A stretch of DNA of 64,000 nucleotides. Origin: an uncultured Chloroflexia bacterium. Its GTDB lineage: Bacteria > Chloroflexota > Dehalococcoidia > UBA2979. The stretch is from NCBI GenBank assembly GCA_963728205.1, contig CAVSIV010000004.1:96001-160000 (forward strand), given 5' to 3'. Under the pieces are notes generated by a model that saw only the letters and a program-made list of their open reading frames with translations, made no database searches and was not told where the DNA came from. A program made the position numbers and the translations under genes. Shown here piece by piece: positions 32,318 to 41,323 of the stretch (position 1 is its first letter; each line of letters opens with the position of its first letter).

Positions 32318-33775
32318 CTACCAGCGCCCCGTGCGCAGGAACTCGTCGATCGCGCCGGCGGCCCGCTGGCCGTCGGCGAGCGCGGTCACCACCAGGTCGG
32401 CGCCGTTCACGTCGTCGCCGCCGGCGAAGACGCCGTGGATGTTCGTCTTCATCGTCTCCGGGTCGACCACGACACGGTGCCACCGGTCGCGCGTCATCTC
32501 CGGGACGACGTCGCCCCACTCCTCGCCGACGTTGTAGCCGATGGCCACCACGATCGTGTCGGCGTCGACGTCGAACTCGGAACCGGGCTCCGGGACCGGG
32601 CGACGCCGTCCGCTCTCGTCGGCGTCGCCGAGGTGCATGCGCTGGCAGCGCAGCCCGCGCACGTGACCGTCGTCGTCCACCAGCACCTCGAGCGGCGCGG
32701 TGAGGTACTCGAAGTCGACGCCCTCCTCGACGGCGTGGTGGCGCTCCTCCGCGCGACCCTGCATCTCCGCCTCGGTGCGGCGGTAGATGAGCGTCACGTG
32801 CTCCGCGCCGAGCCGGCGCGCCGAGCGCACGCAGTCCATCGAGGTGTCGCCGCCGCCGACCACGACGACGTTGCGCATCGCCGGCAGCGGCGCGCGCAGG
32901 TCTTCGCTGAGCGCGTCGGGCGGCAGGTTGGCGCGCACGAGGAACGGCGTCGCCAGGTGCACGCCGACGGCGTCCTCGCCCGGGATGCCGAGCCGCGAGC
33001 CAACGGGCGCGCCGAAGCCGAGGAAGATCGCGTCGTGCTGAGCGTCCAGGTCGTCCCACGAGACGTCCTTGCCCACCTCGACGCCGCAGCGCACCTCGAC
33101 CCCGAGGGCGCGCAGATCGTCGAACTTGCGGGCGACGGCCGCCTTGTTCTGCTTGAACGTCGGGATGCCGTAGAGCAGCACGCCGCCCGGCTCGGGCCAC
33201 GACTCGTAGATCACGACCTGGTGGCCGGCCAGGGCGAGCCGCTCCGCCGCGCCGATCCCGGCGGGGCCGCTGCCCACGACCGCGACGCTCTTGCCGCTCG
33301 GGGGGGCCGGCGGCGTGCGCGGCGGAATGCCGCCATGGGCGCGCTGCCACTCGGTGGTGAACATCTCGAGCTTGCCGATCGCCACCGGGAGCGCGTTCTT
33401 GCCGACGACGCAATGGCCCTCGCAGAGCCGCTCCTGCGGGCAGAGGCGGCCGCACATCTCCGGCAGGCCGCTCGTCTCGCGGAAGACGTCGGCCGCGCCA
33501 CTGAAATCGCCCTGCTCGATGAGCCAGAACGCGCCGGGGATGTCGTTGTGGACCGGGCACGCGCGCTGGCAGGGCGCGGCCGGGCACTGGATGCAGCGCA
33601 TCGCTTCCGCCTGCGCCGTTGCTTCATCGAACGGGAAGTAGACCTCGTCCCAGTTGTGGACCCGCTCCGTGGGATCCTGCTTGGCGGGGCGATGCGCCGG
33701 GACCTGGAGGCGCTCCTTACGGTTGATCTGCTTCGGATCGGGCTTCTGTCGGGGGGGCATTGGTGCTTCGATCAT
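32318..33775 (-). CDS. GltD/NfnB-like NAD(P)H-dependent Fe-S flavoprotein
   Basis: RCIQC..APC..ACP, CGRLCPQERLCEG.C, GSGPAG, GGGDTSMD and YRR motifs; no gltB or nfnA partner adjacent. Confidence 0.88.
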   Translation of the reverse strand: MIEAPMPPRQKPDPKQINRKERLQVPAHRPAKQDPTERVHNWDEVYFPFDEATAQAEAMRCIQCPAAPCQRACPVHNDIPGAFWLIEQGDFSGAADVFRETSGLPEMCGRLCPQERLCEGHCVVGKNALPVAIGKLEMFTTEWQRAHGGIPPRTPPAPPSGKSVAVVGSGPAGIGAAERLALAGHQVVIYESWPEPGGVLLYGIPTFKQNKAAVARKFDDLRALGVEVRCGVEVGKDVSWDDLDAQHDAIFLGFGAPVGSRLGIPGEDAVGVHLATPFLVRANLPPDALSEDLRAPLPAMRNVVVVGGGDTSMDCVRSARRLGAEHVTLIYRRTEAEMQGRAEERHHAVEEGVDFEYLTAPLEVLVDDDGHVRGLRCQRMHLGDADESGRRRPVPEPGSEFDVDADTIVVAIGYNVGEEWGDVVPEMTRDRWHRVVVDPETMKTNIHGVFAGGDDVNGADLVVTALADGQRAAGAIDEFLRTGRW

Positions 33776-33983
33776 GGTGAAACCAGCCTAGGCAGCGGCG
33801 ATCGTCTCGCTCAATGACCAAAGTCCCGAGTTGCCCCGGAAGGACGGTCCGCAATTCGGGCGATCCTCGCGCATCCCGCGTCTCGGCCCGTTCGACTCGC
33901 CGCGCGATCGCGTCACGGCACGTCTTCAGGCAGGATCATCGACGCGTCGCCCACGCCCGCGGAGGCCCCGAAGGAGGCTCGCC

Positions 33984-34925
33984 ATGAGCGAGAGCATCGG
34001 TCTCGGCATCGCCCAGTTCCCGTTTTCGAGCATGCGCGCCTTCTGGCGCTGGGTCGAGATGTGCGAGACCGGAGACGTCGACTCGTTGTGGCAGAGCGAC
34101 CGGCTCGTCTCGGCACAGCCCATGCTCGAGCCGATGAGCCTGCTCGCCGCGCTCGCGGGCGGCACCGAGCGCCTGCAGTTCGGCATGAACGTGGTCGTGC
34201 TGCCGCTGCGCGACCCACTGCTGCTCGCGAAACAGTGCGCGACGATCGACTACCTCAGCGCGGGGCGGCTGCTGCCGGCGTTCGGCGTCGGCGGCGACGC
34301 GATCCCCGAGTGGCGCGCGAGCGGGCGCTCGCCGGCGCACCGGGGTGCGATCGCCGACGAGATGCTCGAGATCATGACGCGGCTGTGGACCGGCGAGGAG
34401 CTGACGTACGCGGGCCGGCACTTCCAGTACGCCGGCGCGCGCATCGCCCCGCTGCCGGTGCGGCAGCCGTTGCCGTGCTGGATTGGCGGCAGCTCGCCGG
34501 CGGCGCAGCGCCGCACCGCGCGGCTGGGCACGGGCTGGCTGTCCGGGATCGCGACGCCGGCGCGCGTCGCGCCGGTCGTGGCCGGCATCAAGCGCGAGGC
34601 CGTCCGCGCCGGCCGCACGATCGACGACGACCACTACGGCGCCGGCTTCCCGTTCCGCTTCGGCGCGTGGGACGAGCCGTTCGTGCAGCGTTCCGCCGCG
34701 GCAATGCACCGCTTCCCGGAGGTCGACGACCCGCGCGACTACCTCGCCGTCGGCGACGAGGGCGACATCCTCGCGCGGATCGACGAGTACCGTCGCGCCG
34801 GCGTGTCGAAGTTCGTGCTGCGCCCGCTCGCGGAGAGCGAGGACGAGGTGCTGGACCAGACGCGGCGCCTGATCGAGACGGTGATCCCGGCGGTGCACGG
34901 GAGGCGGCGGGCGGCGGCGACCTGA
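33984..34925 (+). CDS. LLM-class flavin/F420-dependent oxidoreductase
   Basis: DSLW.SDR, LPLRDP.LLAK..AT.D.LS.GR and WIGG motifs. Confidence 0.88.
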   Translation: MSESIGLGIAQFPFSSMRAFWRWVEMCETGDVDSLWQSDRLVSAQPMLEPMSLLAALAGGTERLQFGMNVVVLPLRDPLLLAKQCATIDYLSAGRLLPAFGVGGDAIPEWRASGRSPAHRGAIADEMLEIMTRLWTGEELTYAGRHFQYAGARIAPLPVRQPLPCWIGGSSPAAQRRTARLGTGWLSGIATPARVAPVVAGIKREAVRAGRTIDDDHYGAGFPFRFGAWDEPFVQRSAAAMHRFPEVDDPRDYLAVGDEGDILARIDEYRRAGVSKFVLRPLAESEDEVLDQTRRLIETVIPAVHGRRRAAAT

Positions 34926-34954
34926 GGCGCGGCACGGCCGGCCCTCAGCGGCGG

Positions 34955-35386
34955 CTAGTGGAGTGCGGGCTCCAGCCGCGCGCGGCACGCATCGCAGCGC
35001 CCGTAGAGTTCGAGCCGGTGCGAGTCGATCTCGAAGCCCGTGCGACGGCCGAGCTCGTCGAGCAGGTCCTCGATGTCGTGCGAGCTGAAATCGCTCACCG
35101 CGCCGCAGTCGGAGCACACGATGTGGTGGTGGTGCTCGCCGCTCGCGAGGCGGTACGCCGTCGCGCCGTCGTCGAGCACGACCTGGCAGACCACGCCGAG
35201 CTCCTGCATCAGGCGCAGCGTGCGGAACACGGTGGCGCGCCCCACCCCGGGAGAGGCGGCGACCACCTGGTCGGCCGTGAAGCGGTCACCCAGCTCGTCC
35301 ATCACCTCGAGCAGGTGGCGGCGCGGCGAGGTCAGCCGGTGGCCAGAGCGGACGATCGTGCGTTCCAGGGCGTCGATCGCGGTCAT
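34955..35386 (-). CDS. Fur-family metalloregulator
   Basis: RLT.PR, ATVFRTL, HHHHIVCSDCG and H.LELYG.C..C motifs; TTGACA-18-GACGAT lies 7 nt before the ATG. Confidence 0.9.
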   Translation of the reverse strand: MTAIDALERTIVRSGHRLTSPRRHLLEVMDELGDRFTADQVVAASPGVGRATVFRTLRLMQELGVVCQVVLDDGATAYRLASGEHHHHIVCSDCGAVSDFSSHDIEDLLDELGRRTGFEIDSHRLELYGRCDACRARLEPALH

Positions 35387-35488
35387 GAGAGCCATCGTCC
35401 GCGCGTCCGGTCGCGGCTGTCAACGTGGGCGCGTAGCGGCTCCGGCGGCGGCGCTGCTCGCACTCGCGCGATCGGCGACAATGCGACG

Positions 35489-36679
35489 ATGACCACTCAA
35501 CGCTGGCGCATCGTGCTCTGGGGCTCGATGCTCTTCGTCGTCCTCTATCTCGCGTGGCATGCGAAGAGCGCCCTGCTGCCCTTCGCCTTCGGCGCCGTGC
35601 TCGCCTACGCGCTCACCCCGATCGTCGATCGGCTCGCCTCGATGATCCCCGCGCGCAGTCACCAGGCCGACGTCCTGCGTCGTGGCGTCGTGGTGTTCTT
35701 CCTCTACGCGGTCGCAATCGGACTGCTGGCCGTCGCGGCCGCCGCGATCATCCCGCTCGCGATCGACCAGACCACGCAGTTTGTGAACACCCTGCCGACG
35801 CTGATGAAGCACGCGCGCGAGCAGAGCAACCACTGGCTCGTGCAGTACCACTCGCGCGTGCCGCAGGACGTGCAGGCGCGGCTGGACTCGCTCTCGCAGG
35901 ATGCGACGAGCACGGTCGCCAGCGCGGCGGCGGGGTGGATGGCCGGCTCGGTCTCGTTTCTCACGCAGACGCTCACGGCGCTGCTCACGTTCTTCGTCGT
36001 TCCCGTCTGGATGTTCTGGGCGCTGCGCGACCGCCACTTCGTCGGCCGCAACTTCATGAACGCCGTGCCGGAGGCGGGGCGCGACGACATCGCGAACATG
36101 CTGCGCATCGCTGACCAGCTGATGGGCCGCTACATCCGCGGTCAGCTGCTGCTCGCGCTGGTGGTCGGCGTCGCCGTCGGGATCAGCCTCACGGTGCTGC
36201 GGGTGCAGCTCTCGGTCGCACTGGGCGTCTGGGCCGGCGTCACGGAGCTGATCCCGATCCTCGGGCCGTGGCTGGGCGCGATCCCTGGGCTGATCATCGT
36301 GCTGGCCACCGACCCGGGGCTCTTCATCTGGGTGGCGCTCGTCTACATCCTCGTGCAGCAGCTCGAGAACAACCTGCTCGTGCCGCGCATCCAGGGGCAC
36401 GCCGTGGAGATCCACCCGGCGATGATCATCCTGCTGCTCACCATCGGTGGGACGGCGTTCGGCTTCATCGGCCTGCTCGCGATCGTCCCGGTCACGGCGA
36501 TCCTGCGTGAGCTGTTCTGGTACCTCGACCGGCGCCTGCGCGGCAATCCGCCGACCGAGTCATTCGCGGCGAGCCTGATCGGACGCCAGTTGCGAGCGCA
36601 CGCGGAAGAGCAGCAGACGGCGGCCGCCGCGGCCGAGACCGCCGCCGCTCGGGGGCACGACGTACCGGAGGAGGACTAG
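35489..36679 (+). CDS. AI-2E (PerM) family transporter
   Basis: LAY.L.P.V, RYIRGQ, LIP.LGP, QQLENNLL.P and IHP motifs. Confidence 0.9.
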   Translation: MTTQRWRIVLWGSMLFVVLYLAWHAKSALLPFAFGAVLAYALTPIVDRLASMIPARSHQADVLRRGVVVFFLYAVAIGLLAVAAAAIIPLAIDQTTQFVNTLPTLMKHAREQSNHWLVQYHSRVPQDVQARLDSLSQDATSTVASAAAGWMAGSVSFLTQTLTALLTFFVVPVWMFWALRDRHFVGRNFMNAVPEAGRDDIANMLRIADQLMGRYIRGQLLLALVVGVAVGISLTVLRVQLSVALGVWAGVTELIPILGPWLGAIPGLIIVLATDPGLFIWVALVYILVQQLENNLLVPRIQGHAVEIHPAMIILLLTIGGTAFGFIGLLAIVPVTAILRELFWYLDRRLRGNPPTESFAASLIGRQLRAHAEEQQTAAAAAETAAARGHDVPEED

Positions 36680-36687
36680 CGGCCGCC

Positions 36688-37554
36688 CTACGGCGTCGGC
36701 TGGTCGCGGTTCGTCGGGCTCGCGGTCGCCTGCAACACGACCGGACCCTCCACCGTCTGCGAGTCGCGGCTCGAGGTCGCGACGATGTAGACGCGCGCCG
36801 GCGACTGTCCGCTCTTCGTGTGCAGCAGCACCTGCGCGTTGCCCAGCGAGTCGGGCACGAAGGTGGTCGCCGCGACGAGGCCGGACGCGCCGTCCTCGAG
36901 CCAGATGCGGTAGACGTCGCCGAACGGCAGCTGGGGGAGGTCGTGCGCCACGACCACCGCGGCCCCCGCCGACGCGCTCCAGAGGTAGCGGCCCCCGGCG
37001 CCGTGGCCGTAGACGGTGGGCTCGAGGTCCATCGTCTGCACAGCCGGGTCCGTCTGGACGGCGGCAATCACCTGTTGCTCCTGTAGCGCGTTCGCGAGCT
37101 GGAGGCTGAGCGACTTCGAGCCGGTGTCGGCGTTCGAGATGCCCTCGATGGAGTCCAGCCGCTTGGCATTGGACTCGACGAGCGCGGTGAGCGTGGCGGA
37201 CTCGCTCTGCACCTGGTGCAGCGCCGAGCGCAGGCTCACGGCCCACAGCGAGACGACGAGGAGCGCCGCGGCCAGGCCGGCGACCGGGAGCAGGCTGCGC
37301 AGGCGCGGCGCGACGAAGCGGCGGCGGCGCGGCTCGCGCCGGGCCGCGGCGAGCACCCGCTCGCGCAGGTGCGGATCGGCGCGGCCGAGCGGCACGGAGA
37401 GCGCGATGAGGTCGACGAGCTCGTGGTAGGCGGCGAGATCCGCCGCGGCCTCGGCGTCCGAGGCGACGAGCGCCTCGGCGTCGGCGGCGTCCGGCGCGCT
37501 CAGCGTGCCGAGCGCGTAGCCCGCGAGGAGGTCTTCGCGTTCATCCGGCGTCAT
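36688..37554 (-). CDS. Anti-sigma factor (RskA-like)
   Basis: LLAGYALG.L, P.LRERVL, a single TM helix and a C-terminal LP......Y.IW motif; coupled to the ECF sigma. Confidence 0.8.
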   Translation of the reverse strand: MTPDEREDLLAGYALGTLSAPDAADAEALVASDAEAAADLAAYHELVDLIALSVPLGRADPHLRERVLAAARREPRRRRFVAPRLRSLLPVAGLAAALLVVSLWAVSLRSALHQVQSESATLTALVESNAKRLDSIEGISNADTGSKSLSLQLANALQEQQVIAAVQTDPAVQTMDLEPTVYGHGAGGRYLWSASAGAAVVVAHDLPQLPFGDVYRIWLEDGASGLVAATTFVPDSLGNAQVLLHTKSGQSPARVYIVATSSRDSQTVEGPVVLQATASPTNRDQPTP

Positions 37555-38303
37555 CGATCACCCCCGCCGGCCCCTGCACCCGGCCCACCCGGTTCGCGCG
37601 TCACGTCGGCGAGCAGCTCGCGCAGCTTGCGCATCCCGAGCCGTACGCGCGTCTTCACCGTTCCGAGCGGATCGCCCGTGCGCTCCGCGATCTCCGTCTG
37701 CGTGAGCCCACCGAAGTAGGCCAGCTCAAGCACGCGCCGCTGCGACGGCGGGAGGCGCGTCATCGCCTCGCGCACCGTGCGTCGAAGCTCCGCCACCGCC
37801 AGCCCCAGCTGGGGATCGCCGCTGCGGTCACCGGACGCCAGCGGTGAGGCGTCCCCGTCCTCGATCCCCTCGACCCGCCGCCGCCGCGCCGTCCGCCGCC
37901 ACTCGTCCAGCGCGCGGTTGCGCGTCACCGACATCAGCCACGTCACGAACCGCCCGCGCTCCGGGTCGAACGACGCCGGGCGACGCCACAGCCGCAGGAA
38001 CACCTCCTGCGTGACGTCCTCCGCGAGCTGCCGGTCGTGCAGCACGCGCACCCCGACCGAGAACACCAGGTTCGCGTAGCGGTCGTACACCGCTTCCAGC
38101 GCCCGCAGCTCGCCGGCGGCGACGCGCGCCATCAGCTGCTCGTCGGTCGGCGCGTCCGCGACCTGCGCAACGTCGGCAGTCGCGTCGGCCTCGTGCGGCG
38201 TCGATCGAGGTACGTCGCCGAGGCGCGCGCGGATTCCTCGCCGGTCGAGCGGGATCGGGCGGCGGTCGCCCGGGCCGGGGATGGGAGCGGGGGTCTCGGG
38301 CAC
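37551..38303 (-). CDS. ECF RNA polymerase sigma factor (SigK-like); start uncertain
   Basis: AEDVTQEVF, FDP.RG.F..W, RNRALD and LAYFGGLTQTEIA....PLGTVKTR motifs. Confidence 0.88.
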   Translation of the reverse strand: MPETPAPIPGPGDRRPIPLDRRGIRARLGDVPRSTPHEADATADVAQVADAPTDEQLMARVAAGELRALEAVYDRYANLVFSVGVRVLHDRQLAEDVTQEVFLRLWRRPASFDPERGRFVTWLMSVTRNRALDEWRRTARRRRVEGIEDGDASPLASGDRSGDPQLGLAVAELRRTVREAMTRLPPSQRRVLELAYFGGLTQTEIAERTGDPLGTVKTRVRLGMRKLRELLADVTREPGGPGAGAGGGDR

Positions 38304-38362
38304 CGCGGTCCTCCGAGAGCGTGGCCGGGGAGTGCGGTGGGCCTCGTGGATTGTACGGGGGA

Positions 38363-39193
38363 TCAGACGGGGAGACCGGTGCTGAACAGGATGCCGCGCG
38401 CCAGCACTTCCCCGGCCAGAACCGTGCCGAGCGCGATGTACAGCAGTCCGGTCGCGGACATCATGCCCCGGATGCGCGCCGCGCGCCAAGCCAGCAGCGC
38501 CAGGAACGCGGGGAAGACCAGGCCGACGGCGATGCGCAGCCAGTACGCCGGGTTCTGCGCCAGACCGACCCCGAAGCCCTCGGTCAACGGCACGTCGCGC
38601 GCCGGCAGCGCGCTGCCCACGACGACGAGCACCGCCTGCACGACGAGCGCCCCGAGCACGACGAGCGACATCTGCTCCATCGGCTCCTTCGGGAGCCGGC
38701 CGGAGGTGAGGTACCAGTGCCCCCACATCATCGCCATCAGCGCCCCGCCCAGCACGGCGGCGGAGGCGAAGATGCTCGCGAGCATCCCGGCGTACGACCA
38801 CGTCGGCGCGGCCACGAGGCCGGCGAGCGCGGCGAGCGCGACCACCCCCGCGGCGCAGCCGAGTGCCCCGGCGACGAGCGTCGCCCGGCGCCGCTCGACG
38901 AACGCGCCCAGCAGGTGCGCGACGGCGAACGCGACGAAGACGACGAGCGCGGCGCGGAACGGCCCGAGCCACCGCGGCGCGAGCACGTAGCCGTCGAGCT
39001 CGCTGCGCCCGCCGAGTCCGGCGGCGACCCACAGCGCAAGCAGCGCGAGCGGGACGATGGTGATGCCGGCGGCCTTGACGTACCCGGTCGTGACTTGGCG
39101 GCGGGCGTCGAAGACGGTGGCCATGGCGAGCGACCCGACCGCCAGCTCGACCAGCAGGATGAGCACGGCGTAGGGCAGAGAGGCGGCACTCAC
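38363..39193 (-). CDS. Polytopic membrane protein (~8 TM, GHWYL motif), function unknown
   Basis: Hydrophobic segments; AMMWGHWYL and SATGLLY motifs. Confidence 0.65.
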   Translation of the reverse strand: MSAASLPYAVLILLVELAVGSLAMATVFDARRQVTTGYVKAAGITIVPLALLALWVAAGLGGRSELDGYVLAPRWLGPFRAALVVFVAFAVAHLLGAFVERRRATLVAGALGCAAGVVALAALAGLVAAPTWSYAGMLASIFASAAVLGGALMAMMWGHWYLTSGRLPKEPMEQMSLVVLGALVVQAVLVVVGSALPARDVPLTEGFGVGLAQNPAYWLRIAVGLVFPAFLALLAWRAARIRGMMSATGLLYIALGTVLAGEVLARGILFSTGLPV

Positions 39194-39265
39194 GGGAGCG
39201 CAATCGTAGGGAGCGGCACCGGGAGGGGCAACGCGGCCCGCCCGGGGGGTGTCCCCATCATCCAG

Positions 39266-40477
39266 TCAAGCGGCGACGCGCGAGCGCATGGTGTGTGTTG
39301 CGTCGTAGGCGGTGCCGGACTTGAGCATCGCAAGGATCACGTCGCAGCGACGGCGAGCGAGGCAGATGACGGCGGCGTTGTGCTTCTTCCCCTGAGCGCG
39401 CTTGCGGTCGTAGAAGGCTCGGGAGGGCGGATGCCGCAGGGAGCAGAAGGCCGCGAGGAAGAGTGCATTCTTCAGCCGGTGGTTCCCCCGGCGGCTCCGC
39501 TTCTCGCCCCGGATGCTGGTACCCGACTGGCGCGTGACCGGAGCCAGTCCCGCGTAGCTCGCGAGCTGGGCGCCTGTGGCGAAGCGAGCGCCGTCACCGA
39601 TCTCGGCGAGGATCTTCGCGCCGGTCCTGGGGCCCACGCCGGGGAGCGATATCAGGACCGGCCCCAGAGGGTGGCTGCGGAAGACCTCCTCGATCTGAAC
39701 GAGGATCCGGCTGCGTCTGGCGTCGAGCCGGCCGAGTTCGGTGGCGAGCTCTGCAACGATCGGTCCAATGCGCCGCTCGCTTTGTACGGTGATCGTCTGG
39801 GCGTCGAGTGCGCTGAAGACCTCGTCCGCGAGGCGCGCGGCGACTCGGGGCGCCTGCCGCCGAAGCAGTCGCAGCACGGGACCACGGCCGGCCGCGCGGA
39901 GAGCCGACGGGGTGGGGTAGCGGGCAAGCAGCGCCCACGCCGCGGGGTGATCCAGTCGTGGACCGAGCACGGCCTCGAGTGGTGGATGCACGCTCGTGAG
40001 CATGTCGCGCAGCCGGTTCACCAGGCGGACTCGGTCCGCGGCGAGGTCATCGTCGTACCCCGAGAGGAGGCGCAGCTCCTCGAGCAGCTCGTCGCCGACG
40101 GCCAGCCAGCGCAGGTTCCCTGGGTGGGTTCGTGCGAAGTCGGCAAGGACGAAGCTGTCGCGGACGTCCGTCTTCGCCTCGCCCGGGTAGAGATCTGCGG
40201 CTCGTCGCATGACCAGCCCGGGCACGTAGGCGACAGGGACACCGATCTCTCGGCACACGGCAAGCGTCAGCGCGGCAATCGACCCCGGCTGGTCCAACAC
40301 CACTCCGGCATGCCCGATCGACGCTGCCGTCGACAGCAGCGCCTGAAGATCGGCCTGCTGATTCCGAACCGCGCGGGACGACAGCACCTCGCCGCCACCG
40401 TTGATCAGCGTTGCGTGGTGCTCGGTCTTTCCGACGTCGAGCCCAATGAACACATCGACCCGTGCCTCGGTCGGCAT
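39266..40477 (-). CDS. IS110 family DEDD transposase/recombinase
   Basis: IGLDVGK, VLDQPG, KTD.RD, SLPGVGP and LASYAGLAP.TRQSGTS (catalytic Ser) motifs; GGAGG SD. Confidence 0.95.
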   Translation of the reverse strand: MPTEARVDVFIGLDVGKTEHHATLINGGGEVLSSRAVRNQQADLQALLSTAASIGHAGVVLDQPGSIAALTLAVCREIGVPVAYVPGLVMRRAADLYPGEAKTDVRDSFVLADFARTHPGNLRWLAVGDELLEELRLLSGYDDDLAADRVRLVNRLRDMLTSVHPPLEAVLGPRLDHPAAWALLARYPTPSALRAAGRGPVLRLLRRQAPRVAARLADEVFSALDAQTITVQSERRIGPIVAELATELGRLDARRSRILVQIEEVFRSHPLGPVLISLPGVGPRTGAKILAEIGDGARFATGAQLASYAGLAPVTRQSGTSIRGEKRSRRGNHRLKNALFLAAFCSLRHPPSRAFYDRKRAQGKKHNAAVICLARRRCDVILAMLKSGTAYDATHTMRSRVAA

Positions 40478-40489
40478 GCGCCCTCCGAT

Positions 40490-40695
40490 CGCGACCGCGC
40501 TTTGCGCATCCGACCGGGTGCCTCGGCCTGCATCCACCTTACGAACGAGCGCTCACGGCGCCGGTCCCCATCAGCGGTCCACGGCACCCAGCATCACCGG
40601 TGGCAACACCCCCCAGGTCCTCGAACAGACAGGGGGCAGATGAGCCATGCCGGCGACGCCGGATGTGATCACGGGCCGCGGTCAGCCCGGCGATC
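40490..40695 (-). ncRNA. Putative bridge RNA of the IS110 element (boundaries approximate)
   Basis: Contains donor-matching segments (40564-40573, 40535-40542) and target-matching segments (40606-40614, 40631-40639) in the target-loop then donor-loop order. Confidence 0.72.
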
Positions 40696-40841
40696 GCGAA
40701 GAAGGTAAGGGGGAGGGCGGCGGAGGGCGGCGTGAGCTCTCCGGGCGGTCGCCCGTCGCGGGACGCGAGCACGAGCGCGTTTGCCGCACGCGAGCACTCT
40801 CGGCCTGCGGCGCCGGGAACGGCTGGCGCCGCCCTGCTCGC

Positions 40842-41222
40842 CTACGCCCCACGCAGCTCTTCGACGCTGACCCCGTACTGGTACACCGCCACCGGGTTGC
40901 CGTCCGGGTCGCGGAACGCGAGTGTCACGCCGCCGGGGATGTCGTGGTAGTCGCGCGTGATGGCGACGCCGGCGGCCTTCAGGCCGCGCTTCACGGCCGC
41001 GATGTCGGCGACGCGGAATCCCGGCTCCCAGCCGGCGCTCCCGCCCGCAGCGTGAATGCCGACGTCGACGTTCGCCAGGCGCACCATCGCCCACCGCGGC
41101 GAGACCGACTGCACCGTCGCACCCAGCACGTCACGGTAGAACGCCACGGCCGCGGCCACGTCTGCGGCCGGCACCTGCAGGTGGTCCAGCAGACCGATCT
41201 CGACGCGCGGCTCGTCGCTCAT
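40842..41222 (-). CDS. VOC/glyoxalase family protein
   Basis: DH......D...AVAFYRDVLG, F.VAD and F.DPDGN motifs. Confidence 0.85.
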   Translation of the reverse strand: MSDEPRVEIGLLDHLQVPAADVAAAVAFYRDVLGATVQSVSPRWAMVRLANVDVGIHAAGGSAGWEPGFRVADIAAVKRGLKAAGVAITRDYHDIPGGVTLAFRDPDGNPVAVYQYGVSVEELRGA

Positions 41223-41323
41223 CGCTCGCTCGCTCCCATGCGCAGCACCCCCGGCGTCGGGCCAGCGTAGCCCGGCGCGCGAAACGTTGACAGGCGATCC
41301 GGGCGGCCGGACGATGACCGGCG

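Larger units (their letters stand above)
39248..40710 (-). mobile_element. Complete IS110-family insertion sequence
   Basis: Transposase plus ~230 nt non-coding left end, a short right end, no terminal inverted repeats, and CC at both junctions; ends supported by internal guide matches. Confidence 0.85.
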
